DNA of 64,000 bases from an uncultured delta proteobacterium (GTDB lineage: Bacteria; Myxococcota_A; Polyangia; Palsa-1104). Of this stretch, positions 1 to 12,271 are shown in pieces. The DNA lies in NCBI GenBank assembly GCA_963785725.1, contig CAWAWS010000017.1, forward strand, positions 96,001-160,000. Reading direction: 5' to 3'. Each line of letters begins with the position of its first letter. The stretch's first letter is position 1. A model generated the notes under the pieces. The model saw nothing but the letters and a program-made list of their open reading frames with translations. It was not told where the DNA came from and made no database searches. The translations under genes were made by a program, and so were the position numbers.

Positions 1-615
1 TGCGGTTACGGCCGCATCACGCGACCGCTGGCCGAGCGCGGCTTTCGCCTCGTCGGCGTCGATCGCGCGCGGCCTCTGCTCGATCGCGCCGAGCAGGCGC
101 GCGGCGCGCTGACGACCGAGCAGCTGCGCTACGTGCACCAAGACTTGCGCACGCCGCTCGACGCAGGCGACTTCGATATCGCGCTCAACCTGTTCTCGTC
201 GATCGGTTACGGCAGTGACGACGACGACCGCGCGGCGATGACGACGATCGCGCGCGCTCTCAAACCCGGCGGCAAGCTGCTCATCGACACCATGCATCGC
301 GACGCCATCGCCGCCTTTTCGTCGCACGGCTTTCCGCCACCGGAACGCTTGCCCGACGGCACGATCTTCATGGAGCAGCCGCGCCTCGACGTCATCACCG
401 GGCGCATCGAGAACAGCTGGTACTGGCAAGGTCCGAACGGCGGCGGCGCGAAGACCGCTTCGATTCGCATCTACACCATCGGCGAATTGATCGCGCTCGT
501 CGAGCAGGCGGGCCTACGCTTCGTCTCGATTCATCGCGGCTGCTCGCCGGAGCCGTACGTCGCCAGCGGCTGGAACATGGGCGGCCGCGTCGGTCTCGTC
601 GCTGAACGCCCTTGA
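1..615 (+). CDS. Class I SAM-dependent methyltransferase, 5' truncated by window edge
   Basis: Frame is open from base 1 and reads CGYGR..L..RGF...GVD (SAM motif I), then FDIALNLFSSIGY and LKPGGKLLID; stop at 613-615. Confidence 0.85.
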   Translation, partial: CGYGRITRPLAERGFRLVGVDRARPLLDRAEQARGALTTEQLRYVHQDLRTPLDAGDFDIALNLFSSIGYGSDDDDRAAMTTIARALKPGGKLLIDTMHRDAIAAFSSHGFPPPERLPDGTIFMEQPRLDVITGRIENSWYWQGPNGGGAKTASIRIYTIGELIALVEQAGLRFVSIHRGCSPEPYVASGWNMGGRVGLVAERP

Positions 616-843
616 TCTGCTTCGCGCTCGCGCCGCTCGGCGACGGTTGAATCAGCAAAACCCGCGCAATGTCTGTCTCGCGAAAGCGACAATCCGCTAC
701 GCCGAGCGCGCGCTCATAGTGGAACGCGCACGCGTGGGCGCGGCTCGCACGCTTGATTTCAGCCGCTTACGTTGCCATTTGGTAAATTCATTAACTGTTT
801 GGTTTTAGTTTATTTCGAATAGGTTAAATCGAACGCGACTATC

Positions 844-871
844 TTGACGCCGTGCGCCAATCGGGTATGAT
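844..871 (+). promoter_or_regulatory. Putative sigma-70 promoter of the ilv-leu leader
   Basis: TTGACG (844-849), 16-bp spacer, TATGAT (866-871); preceded by an AT-rich tract at about 775-830. Confidence 0.65.
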
Positions 872-878
872 TCATCGC

Positions 879-1004
879 GTGACGCTGGCTGGCTTCCTCG
901 GTCATTCGCTTCTTCCCGTCGCTGACCGCGACGGTGCCGGCGTACTCATTATTGGGCTCGTACTTATTGGCCTCATCGAGGCCGAGAGCGGGCTGCCGAT
1001 CTGA
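879..1004 (+). CDS. Putative ilv-leu attenuator leader peptide (41 aa from GTG 879, or 45 aa from ATG 867)
   Basis: VTLAGFLGHSLLPVADRDGAGVLIIGLVLIGLIEAESGLPI*; control run VLIIGLVLIGLI uses A/T-ending codons GTA, ATT, CTT; lies directly before a terminator and ilvD. Confidence 0.8.
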   Translation: MTLAGFLGHSLLPVADRDGAGVLIIGLVLIGLIEAESGLPI

Positions 1005-1025
1005 ATCCCTGAGTAACGGAATTCG

Positions 1026-1063
1026 GCCCCCGCCCCGGAAAACGGAGCGGGGGCTTTTTTTTT
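1026..1063 (+). terminator. Rho-independent terminator (attenuator) upstream of ilvD
   Basis: Stem GCCCCCGCCCCG (1026-1037) / CGGAGCGGGGGC (1043-1054) with one mismatch, loop GAAAA, then T9 (1055-1063). Confidence 0.9.
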
Positions 1064-1097
1064 GGTCGAGAGGCCAAAGCCAGGAGGAGGTCACAGG

Positions 1098-2744
1098 GTG
1101 CGCAGCGACGCGATCAAGAAGGGGCTCTCGAGGGCGCCGGCGCGGGCGATGTTGCGAGCGACCGGGATGGGCGACGACGAGCTGGCGCGGCCGCTCATCG
1201 CCGTCGTCGACACCTGGACCGACGTGATGCCGTGCAATCTGCATCTGCGGCAGCTCGCCGAGGCGGTGTGCGCGGGCATTCGCGCGGCGGGCGCGACGCC
1301 GGTGCAGTTCAACACCATCGCCGTGTCCGACGGCATCGCGATGGGCACGCCGGGCATGGCGGCGTCGCTGATCTCGCGCGAGGTCATCGCCGACAGCATC
1401 GAGCTGGTCGCGCTCGGCCATATGGTCGACGGCGTCGTGGCGCTCGTCGGCTGCGACAAGACGATTCCCGCGGGCGCGATGGCGCTGGCGCGGCTCGATC
1501 TGCCCGGCCTCGTGCTCTACGGCGGCGCGATTCAGCCCGGTCGCCACGACGGTCGCGACGTGACGATCCTGGACGTGTTCGAAGCGGTCGGCGCCTGCGC
1601 GGCCGGCAAGCTCGACGAAGCCTCGCTCGATCGCTTGGAGCGCGCGGCCTGTCCCGGCGCCGGCGCCTGCGGCGGGCAGTTCACGGCGAACACGATGGCG
1701 ACGGCGATGACGATGATGGGCCTGTCGCCGATGGGCGCCAACGAAGTGCCCGCGCTCGATCCGGCCAAAGGCGACGTCGCGCATCGCGCCGGCGCGCTCG
1801 TCGTCGACCTCGTCAAAGCGGGCACGAGCGCGCGCACGTTCATCACGCGGGCGTCGCTGGAGAACGCCATCGCCTCGGCGGCGGCGACGGGCGGCTCGAC
1901 CAACGCCGTCTTGCATCTGTTCGCGATCGCGCGGGAAGCGGAGATCGAGCTGAACATCGACGAGCTCGACGTCATCGCCGCGCGCACGCCGGTGCTGGCC
2001 GATCTGAAGCCGGGCGGCGCCTACAACGCGGTCGATATGCACAAAGCGGGCGGCGTGGCGCTGCTGACGCGCGAGCTCTTGGCGGCCAAGCTGCTGCATG
2101 ACCTGCCGACGGTGTCGGGCAAGTCGCTGAGCGCCGAAGCGGCGGCGGCGCGCGTCTCGGCCGACCAGCGCGTCGTCTTGCCGCTGGCCAAGCCGAAGGC
2201 GGCGCGCGGCGGCTTCGCGATTCTGCGCGGCTCGCTGGCGCCCGAAGGCTGCGTCGTCAAGCTGTCGGGCCACGATCGCGACGGTCACGTCGGGCCGGCG
2301 CGCGTCTTCGACGGCGAAGAGGCGTGCTTCGCGGCGGTGCAGGCGGGCGCGATTCAGAAGGGCGACGTCGTCGTCATTCGCGGCGAAGGTCCCGTCGGCG
2401 GTCCGGGGATGCCGGAGATGCTGGGCGTCACCGCGGCGTTGGTCGGGCGCGGGCTCGGCGACGACGTGGCGCTCGTGACCGACGGGCGCTTCTCGGGCGC
2501 GACGCACGGCTTCATGGTCGGCCACGTCGCGCCGGAAGCCGCGACCGGCGGCCCGATCGCGTTCGTCCGCGACGGCGACATCGTGCGCATCGACGTCAAA
2601 GGCAGGCGCATCGACGTCGAGGCCGATCTCGAGGCGCGGAAAGCGGGCTGGAGCGCGCCGGTGAACAAGCTGCGCGGCGTGCTCGGAAAATACACGGCCA
2701 CGGTCCAATCGGCGTCGCAGGGCGCTGTCACGACAAGGAGATAG
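1098..2744 (+). CDS. ilvD: Dihydroxy-acid dehydratase
   Basis: PCNx[47 protein letters not shown] before GTG 1098. Confidence 0.97.
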   Translation: MRSDAIKKGLSRAPARAMLRATGMGDDELARPLIAVVDTWTDVMPCNLHLRQLAEAVCAGIRAAGATPVQFNTIAVSDGIAMGTPGMAASLISREVIADSIELVALGHMVDGVVALVGCDKTIPAGAMALARLDLPGLVLYGGAIQPGRHDGRDVTILDVFEAVGACAAGKLDEASLDRLERAACPGAGACGGQFTANTMATAMTMMGLSPMGANEVPALDPAKGDVAHRAGALVVDLVKAGTSARTFITRASLENAIASAAATGGSTNAVLHLFAIAREAEIELNIDELDVIAARTPVLADLKPGGAYNAVDMHKAGGVALLTRELLAAKLLHDLPTVSGKSLSAEAAAARVSADQRVVLPLAKPKAARGGFAILRGSLAPEGCVVKLSGHDRDGHVGPARVFDGEEACFAAVQAGAIQKGDVVVIRGEGPVGGPGMPEMLGVTAALVGRGLGDDVALVTDGRFSGATHGFMVGHVAPEAATGGPIAFVRDGDIVRIDVKGRRIDVEADLEARKAGWSAPVNKLRGVLGKYTATVQSASQGAVTTRR

Positions 2745-2749
2745 ACGCG

Positions 2750-2923
2750 ATGGTCATCAAACGCCTACGCCAACTAGAGGCTCCGACGGCACCGCAGACG
2801 CGCTCGCACGATGAATTCTCGGCGCCGCTGGCCTACGCGCCCGAGGACGAGCTGCGCGCCGAGGTCGAGGTCATGCCGCTCGGTGGCTGCGACTTCGAGC
2901 ACTGTCTAAGGATGCGAGAGTAA
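2750..2923 (+). CDS. Small hypothetical protein (57 aa) inside the ilv operon
   Basis: AAGGAG RBS at 2735-2740, ATG 2750; fills the ilvD-ilvB gap (5 nt after ilvD stop, 3 nt before ilvB ATG). Confidence 0.65.
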   Translation: MVIKRLRQLEAPTAPQTRSHDEFSAPLAYAPEDELRAEVEVMPLGGCDFEHCLRMRE

Positions 2924-2926
2924 ACG

Positions 2927-4615
2927 ATGCAAAGAACCGGCGCGCAGATCGTGTGGGAGACGCTGACTCGGCTCGGCGTCGAGGTGGTCTTTGGCTATCC
3001 CGGCGGCGCGATCATGCCGGTATACGATGCGATGCTCGGCTATCGCATCCATCACGTGCTCGTCAGGCACGAGCAGGGCGCGGCGCACATGGCCGACGGC
3101 TACGCGCGCGCTTCGGGCAAGGTCGGCGTCGCGCTGGCGACGTCGGGGCCGGGCGCGACCAACCTCGTGACCGGGATCGCGACGGCGATGCTCGATTCGT
3201 CGCCGGTCGTGTTCATCACCGGGCAGGTGCCGTCGCATCTGCTCGGCTCGGACGCGTTTCAGGAGACCGACATCACCGGCGTCACGCTGCCGATCACCAA
3301 GCACAACTTCTTGGTGACGAACGTCGAGGACATCGCGTCGACGTTACGCGAAGCGTTTGCGATCGCGCGCTCGGGTCGGCCGGGGCCGGTGCTCGTCGAC
3401 ATCACCAAGGACGCGCAGCAGGCGTCGGCGATCTTCGACGAGGACGCGGCCGAGCCGGCGGCGCAGCGCGAGCCCACGCAGACGCTGTCGACCGAGCTGA
3501 AGCACGCGCTGGCGCTGCTCAACGAAGCCGAGCGGCCGGTGATCTTGTGCGGGCAAGGCGTCATCTTCGGGCGGGCGTCGGACGAGCTGCGACGGCTGGC
3601 GGAGAAGGCGGACATTCCGGTGGCGGCGACGCTGCTCGGCCTGGGCGCCTTTCCGGCGTCGCATCCGCTGGCGCTCGGCATGATGGGCATGCACGGCCAG
3701 GCGTGGGTCAATCGCGCCATTCAAGAGGCCGATCTGCTGCTCGCGCTCGGCATGCGCTTCGACGACCGCGTCACCGGCGATCCCAAGAAGTTCGCGCCCA
3801 ACGCCCGCAAGATCCATTGCGAGATCGACGCCGCCGAGATCAACAAGATCATCCGCGTCGACGTGGCCATCGTCGGCGACGTGAAGCCCACGTTGACGGC
3901 GCTCGCCGACGGCGTCGACGCGCGCAGCCGCGGCGGTTGGCGCGAGCGCGTGGCGCACTTGAAGACCGACGGGCACGAGTCCGATCCGAAGGGCTCGCAG
4001 CACGAAGGGCCGTTGACGGCGCCCGAGGTCATCGACGCGCTGTGGCGGCTGACGAACGGGCGCGCGCTGGTCGTGACCGACGTCGGGCAGCATCAAATGT
4101 GGGAAGCGCAGCACTATCACCACGAGGAGCCGCGCTCTCTCGTGACGTCGGGCGGCCTCGGCACGATGGGCTTCGCGCTGCCGGCGGCCATCGGGTCGAA
4201 GTTCGCGCGGCCCGACGCCGAAGTGTGGGTCATCGCCGGCGACGGCGGCTTCCAGATGACGGCGTGCGAGCTGTCGACGATCGCGCAGGAGGGCCTCAAG
4301 CTCAACATCGCCATCATCAACAACGGCTACTTGGGGATGGTGCGGCAGTGGCAGCAGCTGTTCTACGACAAGCGCTACTCGTCGACGCCGATCAAGAGCC
4401 CCGACTTCGTGAAGCTGGCCGAGGCGCATGACCTCGTCGGCTTGCGCGTCGAGCGGCGTGAGGACATCGCCGAGGTCGTCGGCCGTGCGCGGGCGGCGAA
4501 GGAGACCTGCGTCATCGACTTCCGCGTCGCCGCCGAGGAGTGCGTCTATCCGATGGTGCCGTCGGGCGGCGACATCGGCGACATGATCCGCCGCCCGCCG
4601 AAGGAGGCCGCGTAG
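2927..4615 (+). CDS. ilvB: Acetolactate synthase large subunit
   Basis: FGYPGGAI, RHEQGAAHMADGYAR, TSGPGATN, RFDDRVTG, TDVGQHQMW, GDGGFQM..NNGYLGMVRQWQ. Confidence 0.97.
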   Translation: MQRTGAQIVWETLTRLGVEVVFGYPGGAIMPVYDAMLGYRIHHVLVRHEQGAAHMADGYARASGKVGVALATSGPGATNLVTGIATAMLDSSPVVFITGQVPSHLLGSDAFQETDITGVTLPITKHNFLVTNVEDIASTLREAFAIARSGRPGPVLVDITKDAQQASAIFDEDAAEPAAQREPTQTLSTELKHALALLNEAERPVILCGQGVIFGRASDELRRLAEKADIPVAATLLGLGAFPASHPLALGMMGMHGQAWVNRAIQEADLLLALGMRFDDRVTGDPKKFAPNARKIHCEIDAAEINKIIRVDVAIVGDVKPTLTALADGVDARSRGGWRERVAHLKTDGHESDPKGSQHEGPLTAPEVIDALWRLTNGRALVVTDVGQHQMWEAQHYHHEEPRSLVTSGGLGTMGFALPAAIGSKFARPDAEVWVIAGDGGFQMTACELSTIAQEGLKLNIAIINNGYLGMVRQWQQLFYDKRYSSTPIKSPDFVKLAEAHDLVGLRVERREDIAEVVGRARAAKETCVIDFRVAAEECVYPMVPSGGDIGDMIRRPPKEAA

Positions 4616-4893
4616 TGGAAGCTCCACCGTTACCGCTGCGAACGTTCGTGCTCTACGTCGAGGACAAGCCGGGCGTGCTCGACCGCGTGGCGTCGCTGTT
4701 TCGGCGGCGCGCGTTCAACATCGAATCCTTGCATGTCGCGCGGACCGATCGCGCCGGCGTGTCGCGCATGGTGGTCGAAGTGCGCGCCGACGACGACGGT
4801 GGCACGCGGCTGCAGGCGCACCTTCACAAGCTCATCAACGTGCTCTCGGTCAGAGACGTCACCCTGGGAAGCGAGGAATATCGAAATGGCTAA
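4615..4893 (+). CDS. ilvN: Acetolactate synthase small subunit (short, ACT domain only)
   Basis: [33 protein letters not shown] overlaps the ilvB stop. Confidence 0.9.
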   Translation: MEAPPLPLRTFVLYVEDKPGVLDRVASLFRRRAFNIESLHVARTDRAGVSRMVVEVRADDDGGTRLQAHLHKLINVLSVRDVTLGSEEYRNG

Positions 4894-5899
4894 CATCTTC
4901 TACGACAAAGACGCGAACCTCGATCTCATCAAGGCCAAGAAGGTGGCCGTCATCGGCTACGGCTCGCAAGGGCACGCGCACGCGATGAACTTGCGCGACT
5001 CGGGCGTCGACGTGCGCATCGGCTTGCACGAGAAGTCGAAGTCGCGCGCCAAGGCGGAAGCGGCGGGCTTCGTCGTCGAGCGGCCGCGCGCCGCGGCGGA
5101 GTGGGCCGACGTCATCGTCATCCTCGCGCCCGACACGACGCAGCCGAAGATTTGGGCCGAGGAGATCGCGCCCGCGCTCAAGTCGAAGGACACCGTCGTC
5201 TTCGCGCACGGCTTCAACATTCGCTACAACACGATCTCGCCGCCGCGCGACATCGACGTCATCCTGATCGCGCCCAAAGGTCCGGGCCATCGCGTGCGCG
5301 AGACCTATGCCGAAGGCGGCGGCGTTCCGGCGCTGTTCGCGGTGCACCAAGACGCGTCGGGCGGCGCCGAGGCGCTGGCGCTGTCGTACGCCAAAGGCAT
5401 CGGCGCCACGCGCGCCGGCGCGCTGGCGACGACGTTCACCGAGGAGACCGAGACCGATCTCTTCGGCGAGCAGGCGGTCTTGTGCGGCGGCGTCTCGGCG
5501 TTGGTGCGGGCGGGCTTCGAGACGCTGGTCGAGGCCGGCTATCAGCCCGAGATCGCCTACTTCGAGTGCATGCACGAGCTCAAGCTCATCGTCGACCTCA
5601 TGTATCGCGGCGGCCTCAACTACATGCGCTACTCGGTCTCGGACACGGCGGAGTGGGGCGACTACACGGCCGGGCCGCGCATCGTCGACGAGCACACGCG
5701 CGGCGTCATGAAGCAGCTGTTGGCCGACATTCGCTCGGGCGACTTCGCGAAGAAGTGGGTGGCGGAGAACGAGAGCGGTCGGGCGACGTTCGAGCATCGC
5801 CGGCAGACGGAGCGCGATCAGCCGCTCGAGCTCGTCGGCGCCAAGCTGCGCAAGATGATGCCGTTCATCGACGCCGTCACCATCAAGCCGGGAGACTAA
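4886..5899 (+). CDS. ilvC: Ketol-acid reductoisomerase
   Basis: [46 protein letters not shown]. Confidence 0.98.
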   Translation: MANIFYDKDANLDLIKAKKVAVIGYGSQGHAHAMNLRDSGVDVRIGLHEKSKSRAKAEAAGFVVERPRAAAEWADVIVILAPDTTQPKIWAEEIAPALKSKDTVVFAHGFNIRYNTISPPRDIDVILIAPKGPGHRVRETYAEGGGVPALFAVHQDASGGAEALALSYAKGIGATRAGALATTFTEETETDLFGEQAVLCGGVSALVRAGFETLVEAGYQPEIAYFECMHELKLIVDLMYRGGLNYMRYSVSDTAEWGDYTAGPRIVDEHTRGVMKQLLADIRSGDFAKKWVAENESGRATFEHRRQTERDQPLELVGAKLRKMMPFIDAVTIKPGD

Positions 5900-5959
5900 G
5901 CGAATGGGCAACAACGCCAATAGCGACGGAGTAGTAGCTGGAGCGCCCGGAGCTCGTCG

Positions 5960-7601
5960 ATGAGCTCGTCGAGCTTGGGCGACGCGCACGTACGCATCTT
6001 CGACACCACCTTGCGTGACGGCGAGCAGGCGCCGGGCGCGACCATGACGGCGGCGCAGAAGCTGGAAGTGGCGCGCATGTTGTCGCGCGTCGGCGTCGAC
6101 GTCATCGAGGCCGGCTTTCCGGCGGCGTCGCCGGACGACTTGAACGCCGTGCGCGGCATCGCGTCGCTCGTCGGGCAACAAGCGGCCGAAGGGCGCGCCG
6201 AGCCGCCGATGATCTGCGCCTTGGCGCGCGCGAACGTCGACGACTTGAAGCTGGCGTGGGAAGGCGTACGCACGGCGGCGCGACCGCGGCTGCACACGTT
6301 CTTGGCGACGAGCGAGCTGCACATGAAGCACAAGCTGCGCATGACGCGCGATCAAGTGGTCGAGCGCGTGCGCACGACGGTCGCGTTCGCGCGCACGCTG
6401 TGCGACGACGTCGAGTTCAGCCCCGAAGACGCCGGTCGCAGCGAGCCCGAGTTCTTGTGGCGCGTGCTCGAGGTCGCCATCGCCGCCGGCGCCACGACGG
6501 TCAACATTCCCGACACCGTCGGCTACACGACGCCGGACGAGTTCGGCGCGCTCATCGCCGGCATTCGCACGCACGTCCCCAACATCGAGTCGGCGATCGT
6601 CAGCGTCCACTGCCACGACGATTCTCGGCTTGGCGACGGCGAACACGCTCGCCGGCTTGCGCGCCGGCGCCCGCCAGGCGGAGGTCACCATCAACGGCAT
6701 CGGCGAACGCGCGGGCAACTGCGCGCTCGAAGAGGTCGTGATGGCGCTGCACACGCGCTATTGGCTCTATCGCATGCGCACGAACATCGACACGACGCAG
6801 CTGACGCGCGCCTCCAAGCTGGTGGCGGCGGCGACGGGGTTCGCGGTGCAGCCGAACAAGGCGATCGTCGGCGCCAACGCCTTCGCGCACGAGTCGGGCA
6901 TTCACCAGGACGGCATGTTGAAGCACGCCGAGACCTACGAAATCATGCAGCCGGAGACCGTCGGCGCCGGGCAGACGCAGCTCGTGCTCGGCAAACACTC
7001 GGGCAAACACGCCTTCGCGCGCCGCTTGCACGATCTCGGCTACATCCTCGACGACGCGCAGATCCTGGAAGCGTTCGATCGTTTCAAGCGCCTGGCCGAT
7101 CGCAAGAAGTCGGTGTCGGACGCCGAGCTGGAGGCGCTCGTGCAAAGCGAGCTGCCGGCCGCGGCGTCGCCGGCGCGCCATTGGACGCTCGAAGACTTGC
7201 AGGTCGCCTGCGGCACGATGGGCATGCCGACGGCGTCGGTGCGTCTGCGCGGACCCGATGGTCAACGGCGCGTGCAAGCGGCCGTCGGCACCGGTCCCGT
7301 CGACGCGGCCTATCGCGCCATCGACACGATCGTGCAGCAGCGCTCGCAGCTCATCGACTACTGCGTGCGCAACGTGACCGAGGGCATCGACGCGCTCGCC
7401 GAAGTCAGCGTGCGGCTCACCGGCGCCGGCTCCGGCCCGGTGAACCCGCAGCACGACACCACCGACGGGCCGATTTGGCGCGGCCAAGCCGCCGACAGCG
7501 ACATCATCGTCGCCAGCGTCAAAGCCTACGTCTTGGCGCTCAACCGCATGATCGGCGCCATCAGCGTCGACCGTCCGCCGGTTGTCTTGGAGGCGAACTG
7601 A
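5960..7601 (+). CDS. leuA: 2-isopropylmalate synthase, apparent one-base insertion near 6622
   Basis: [28 protein letters not shown]; an extra T (GAT T CTC GGC TTG) breaks HDDLGLATAN; continues [25 protein letters not shown] and the regulatory domain (GPVDA). Confidence 0.93.
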
Positions 7602-8977
7602 TGGCACGCACCCTGTTCGACAAGCTGTGGGATGCGCACGTGGTCAGCCAAGACGAAGGCTGCCCGGCGGTGCTCTATATCGACCTGCATCTCGTGCACG
7701 AAGTGACGTCGCCGCAAGCGTTCTCGGTCTTGCGCGAGCGCAACATCGGCGTGCGCCGGCCCGACCGCACGGTGGCGACGATGGATCATTCGACGCCGAC
7801 GACGCCGGGCTTGAAGGTCATCGACGGCGAAGCCGCCAAGCAGCTCGACACGCTGACCAAGAACTGCAGCGACTTCGGCGTGCGCTTGTACGGCCTCGAT
7901 TCCGACAAGCGCGGCATCGTGCACGTCATGGGTCCCGAGCTCGGCCTCACGCAGCCGGGCATGACCATCGTCTGCGGCGACAGCCACACCGCGACGCACG
8001 GCGCGTTCGGCGCGCTCGCGTTCGGCATCGGCTCGTCGGAGGTCGCGCACGTGCTGGCGACGCAGTGTCTCCTGCAGCGCAAGCCGAAGACGCTGCAAGT
8101 GCGCGTCGATGGCCATCTGTCGCGCGGCGTGACGGCCAAGGATCTGATCCTCGCCATCATCGCGCAGATCGGCGTCGGCGGCGGCACCGGCGCGGTCCTC
8201 GAATATTCCGGCGACGCCATCCGCGGGCTCGACATGGAAGCGCGCATGACCGTCTGCAACATGTCGATCGAAGCGGGCGCGCGCGCCGGCCTCATCGCGC
8301 CCGACGACACGACGTTCCAATATCTCGCGCGCCGTGAGTTTTCGCCGCAAGGCCAAGCGTGGGAAGACGCCGTGGCGCGCTGGCGGCAGCTGCCCGGCGA
8401 CGAAGGCGCACAGCACGACGCGCACGTCGTCATCGACGGCGGCGCGCTCAAGCCGATGATCACGTGGGGCACGAACCCGGGCCAAGGCATCGCCATCGAC
8501 GCGCCGATTCCCGCGGCCGGCGACGAAGCGACCGACAAAGCGCTGCGCTACATGCAGCTCGACGCCGGCAAGCCGCTGGCTGGGCACAGCATCGACGTCG
8601 TCTTCGTCGGCTCGTGCACCAACGGCCGCATCGCCGATCTGCGGCAGGCGGCGCGCATCCTCGACGGCCGGCAGGTGGCGTCGGGCGTGCGCACGCTGGT
8701 CGTGCCCGGCTCGGTCGCGGTCAAGCGGCAGGCCGAAGCCGAAGGGCTCGACAAGATCTTCACGGCCGCCGGCGCCGAGTGGCGCGAGCCCGGCTGCTCG
8801 ATGTGCATCGCCATGAACGGCGACATGCTGCAGCCCGGCCAATACGCGGTCTCGACGAGCAATCGCAACTTCGAAGGGCGACAAGGGCAGGGCAGCCGCA
8901 CGTTCTTGGCCTCGCCGCTCAGCGCCGCCGCCGCCGCGGTCACCGGCCGCATCACCGACCCGAGGACGCTCCTATGA
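7601..8977 (+). CDS. leuC: 3-isopropylmalate dehydratase large subunit
   Basis: [50 protein letters not shown]. Confidence 0.98.
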   Translation: MARTLFDKLWDAHVVSQDEGCPAVLYIDLHLVHEVTSPQAFSVLRERNIGVRRPDRTVATMDHSTPTTPGLKVIDGEAAKQLDTLTKNCSDFGVRLYGLDSDKRGIVHVMGPELGLTQPGMTIVCGDSHTATHGAFGALAFGIGSSEVAHVLATQCLLQRKPKTLQVRVDGHLSRGVTAKDLILAIIAQIGVGGGTGAVLEYSGDAIRGLDMEARMTVCNMSIEAGARAGLIAPDDTTFQYLARREFSPQGQAWEDAVARWRQLPGDEGAQHDAHVVIDGGALKPMITWGTNPGQGIAIDAPIPAAGDEATDKALRYMQLDAGKPLAGHSIDVVFVGSCTNGRIADLRQAARILDGRQVASGVRTLVVPGSVAVKRQAEAEGLDKIFTAAGAEWREPGCSMCIAMNGDMLQPGQYAVSTSNRNFEGRQGQGSRTFLASPLSAAAAAVTGRITDPRTLL

Positions 8978-9520
8978 CGCCCGTCAAGCACATCGTCTCG
9001 CGCGTCGCGCCGCTGTTCGTCGACGACGTCGATACCGATCAGATCATCCCGGCGCGCTTCCTGAAGACGACGCAAAAGGCCGGCTTGGGCGCGCAGCTGT
9101 TCAACGATTGGCGCGGCAAGCAGTTCCAGCCCGTGAACGGCGCGCGCATCTTGCTCGCGGGCGAGAACTTCGGCTGCGGCTCGTCGCGCGAGCACGCCGT
9201 GTGGGCGCTGACCGACGCCGGCTTTGCCGCCGTCGTCGCCCGCTCGTTCGCCGACATCTTCCGCAACAACGCGCTCAAGAACGGCCTCGTTCCCGTCGCC
9301 GTCGACGACAAGGTGCACGCCTATTTGAAGCAGGCGCGCACCGAGGACGCGAATCTGCAGCTCAGCATCGACGTCGCCGGCGCGCAGTTGACGCTGCCCG
9401 ACGGCGAGGTCGTGTCGTTCCCGCTCGATCCGTTCGCGCGCCGCTGTTTGGTCGACGGCATCGACGAGCTCGATTATCTCGTGCGCCACGAAGCCGATAT
9501 CGCGGCCTTCGAGGCGCGGC

Positions 9521-9528
<8 letters not shown>
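8974..9528 (+). CDS. leuD: 3-isopropylmalate dehydratase small subunit
   Basis: [37 protein letters not shown] overlap with leuC. Confidence 0.97.
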
Positions 9529-11106
<1,578 letters not shown>

Positions 11107-11110
<4 letters not shown>

Positions 11111-12204
11111 CGACCCCCAATACACAGTCGACGACCAAGAAGAAGCACGCACGCATCGTCGTCCTCGGCGGCGACGGCATCGGACCCGAAGTCGTCGCCG
11201 CCGGTCGCGCGGTGTTGACGGAAGCGGCGGCGCGCGACGGCATCACGCTCGCGTTCGACGAGCGGCTCATCGGCGGCGCCGCCATCGACGCCACGGGAAC
11301 GGCGCTGCCCGACGACACCTTGAACGCCTGCAGAGCCGCGGATGCCGTCTTGCTCGGCGCCGTCGGCGGACCGAAGTGGGACGACCCGAACGCCAAAGTG
11401 CGGCCCGAGCAGGGCTTGCTCGGCTTGCGACGCGCGCTCGGCCTGTACGCGAACGTGCGGCCGGTGCGTCCGCACGCGGCGCTGGCGTCGGCGTCGCCGC
11501 TCAAGCCCGAGCGTCTCGCCGGCGTCGATCTCGTGTTCGTGCGCGAGCTGACGGGCGGTCTGTACTTCGGTCCGCGGCGGCGCGAGAAGACCGAGGACGG
11601 CGGCGAGCGCGCCATCGACACCCTCGAATACAGCGACGTCGAGATTCGCCGCGTCGTCAGGTTGGCGTTCGGCTTGGCGGCCGGCCGGCGCGGCAAGCTG
11701 ACGTCGATCGACAAAGCCAACGTCCTCGAAACCTCGCGCTTGTGGCGGCAGACGGCGACGGCGGTCGCGGCTGAATTCCCGACGGTGACGCTCGATCATC
11801 AGCTGGTCGATTCGGTGGCGATGCGCCTCGTGTCCGAGCCGGCGCGCTTCGACGTGTGCGTCACCGAGAACATGTTCGGCGACATCCTGACCGACGAGGC
11901 GGCCGTGCTCGCCGGCTCGCTCGGCCTCTTGCCGTCGGCGTCGCTCGGCGACGGCACGAACGGCTTGTACGAGCCGATTCATGGCTCGGCGCCCGACATC
12001 GCCGGCCGCGGCATCGCCAACCCGATCGGCACCATCTTGTCGACGGCGATGCTGCTGCGTCACTCGCTCGGCGCCGACAGCGCCGCTCAGCGCATCGAGC
12101 GCGCCGTCGACCAGGCCATCGCCGGCGGCGCGCGTGGCGCCGACCTCGGCGGCACGATGACGACCGGCGCCATGACCGACGCCATCCTCGCTCGCCTCGA
12201 CTAG
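11107..12204 (+). CDS. leuB: 3-isopropylmalate dehydrogenase
   Basis: [55 protein letters not shown]. Confidence 0.98.
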
Positions 12205-12271
12205 TTGCGTCACAAACTAATTCAGTAATTTCTGAATATCGGCCTTTTCATTTTGTGCGACGCTTCCGCGC

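Noticed and set aside
5904..5963. 19-aa ORF overlapping the leuA start as a second leader peptide
   Set aside because: No Leu codons and no terminator; may be the true leuA N-terminus displaced by another indel
5960..8977. 1005-aa LeuA-LeuC fusion in the ORF track
   Set aside because: Artefact of the extra base near 6622; the linker is off-frame Arg-rich sequence and leuC has its own ATG at 7601
12227..12241. CodY-box-like AATTTCTGAATAT after leuB
   Set aside because: Imperfect match, located downstream of the operon, and CodY is essentially a Firmicutes regulator
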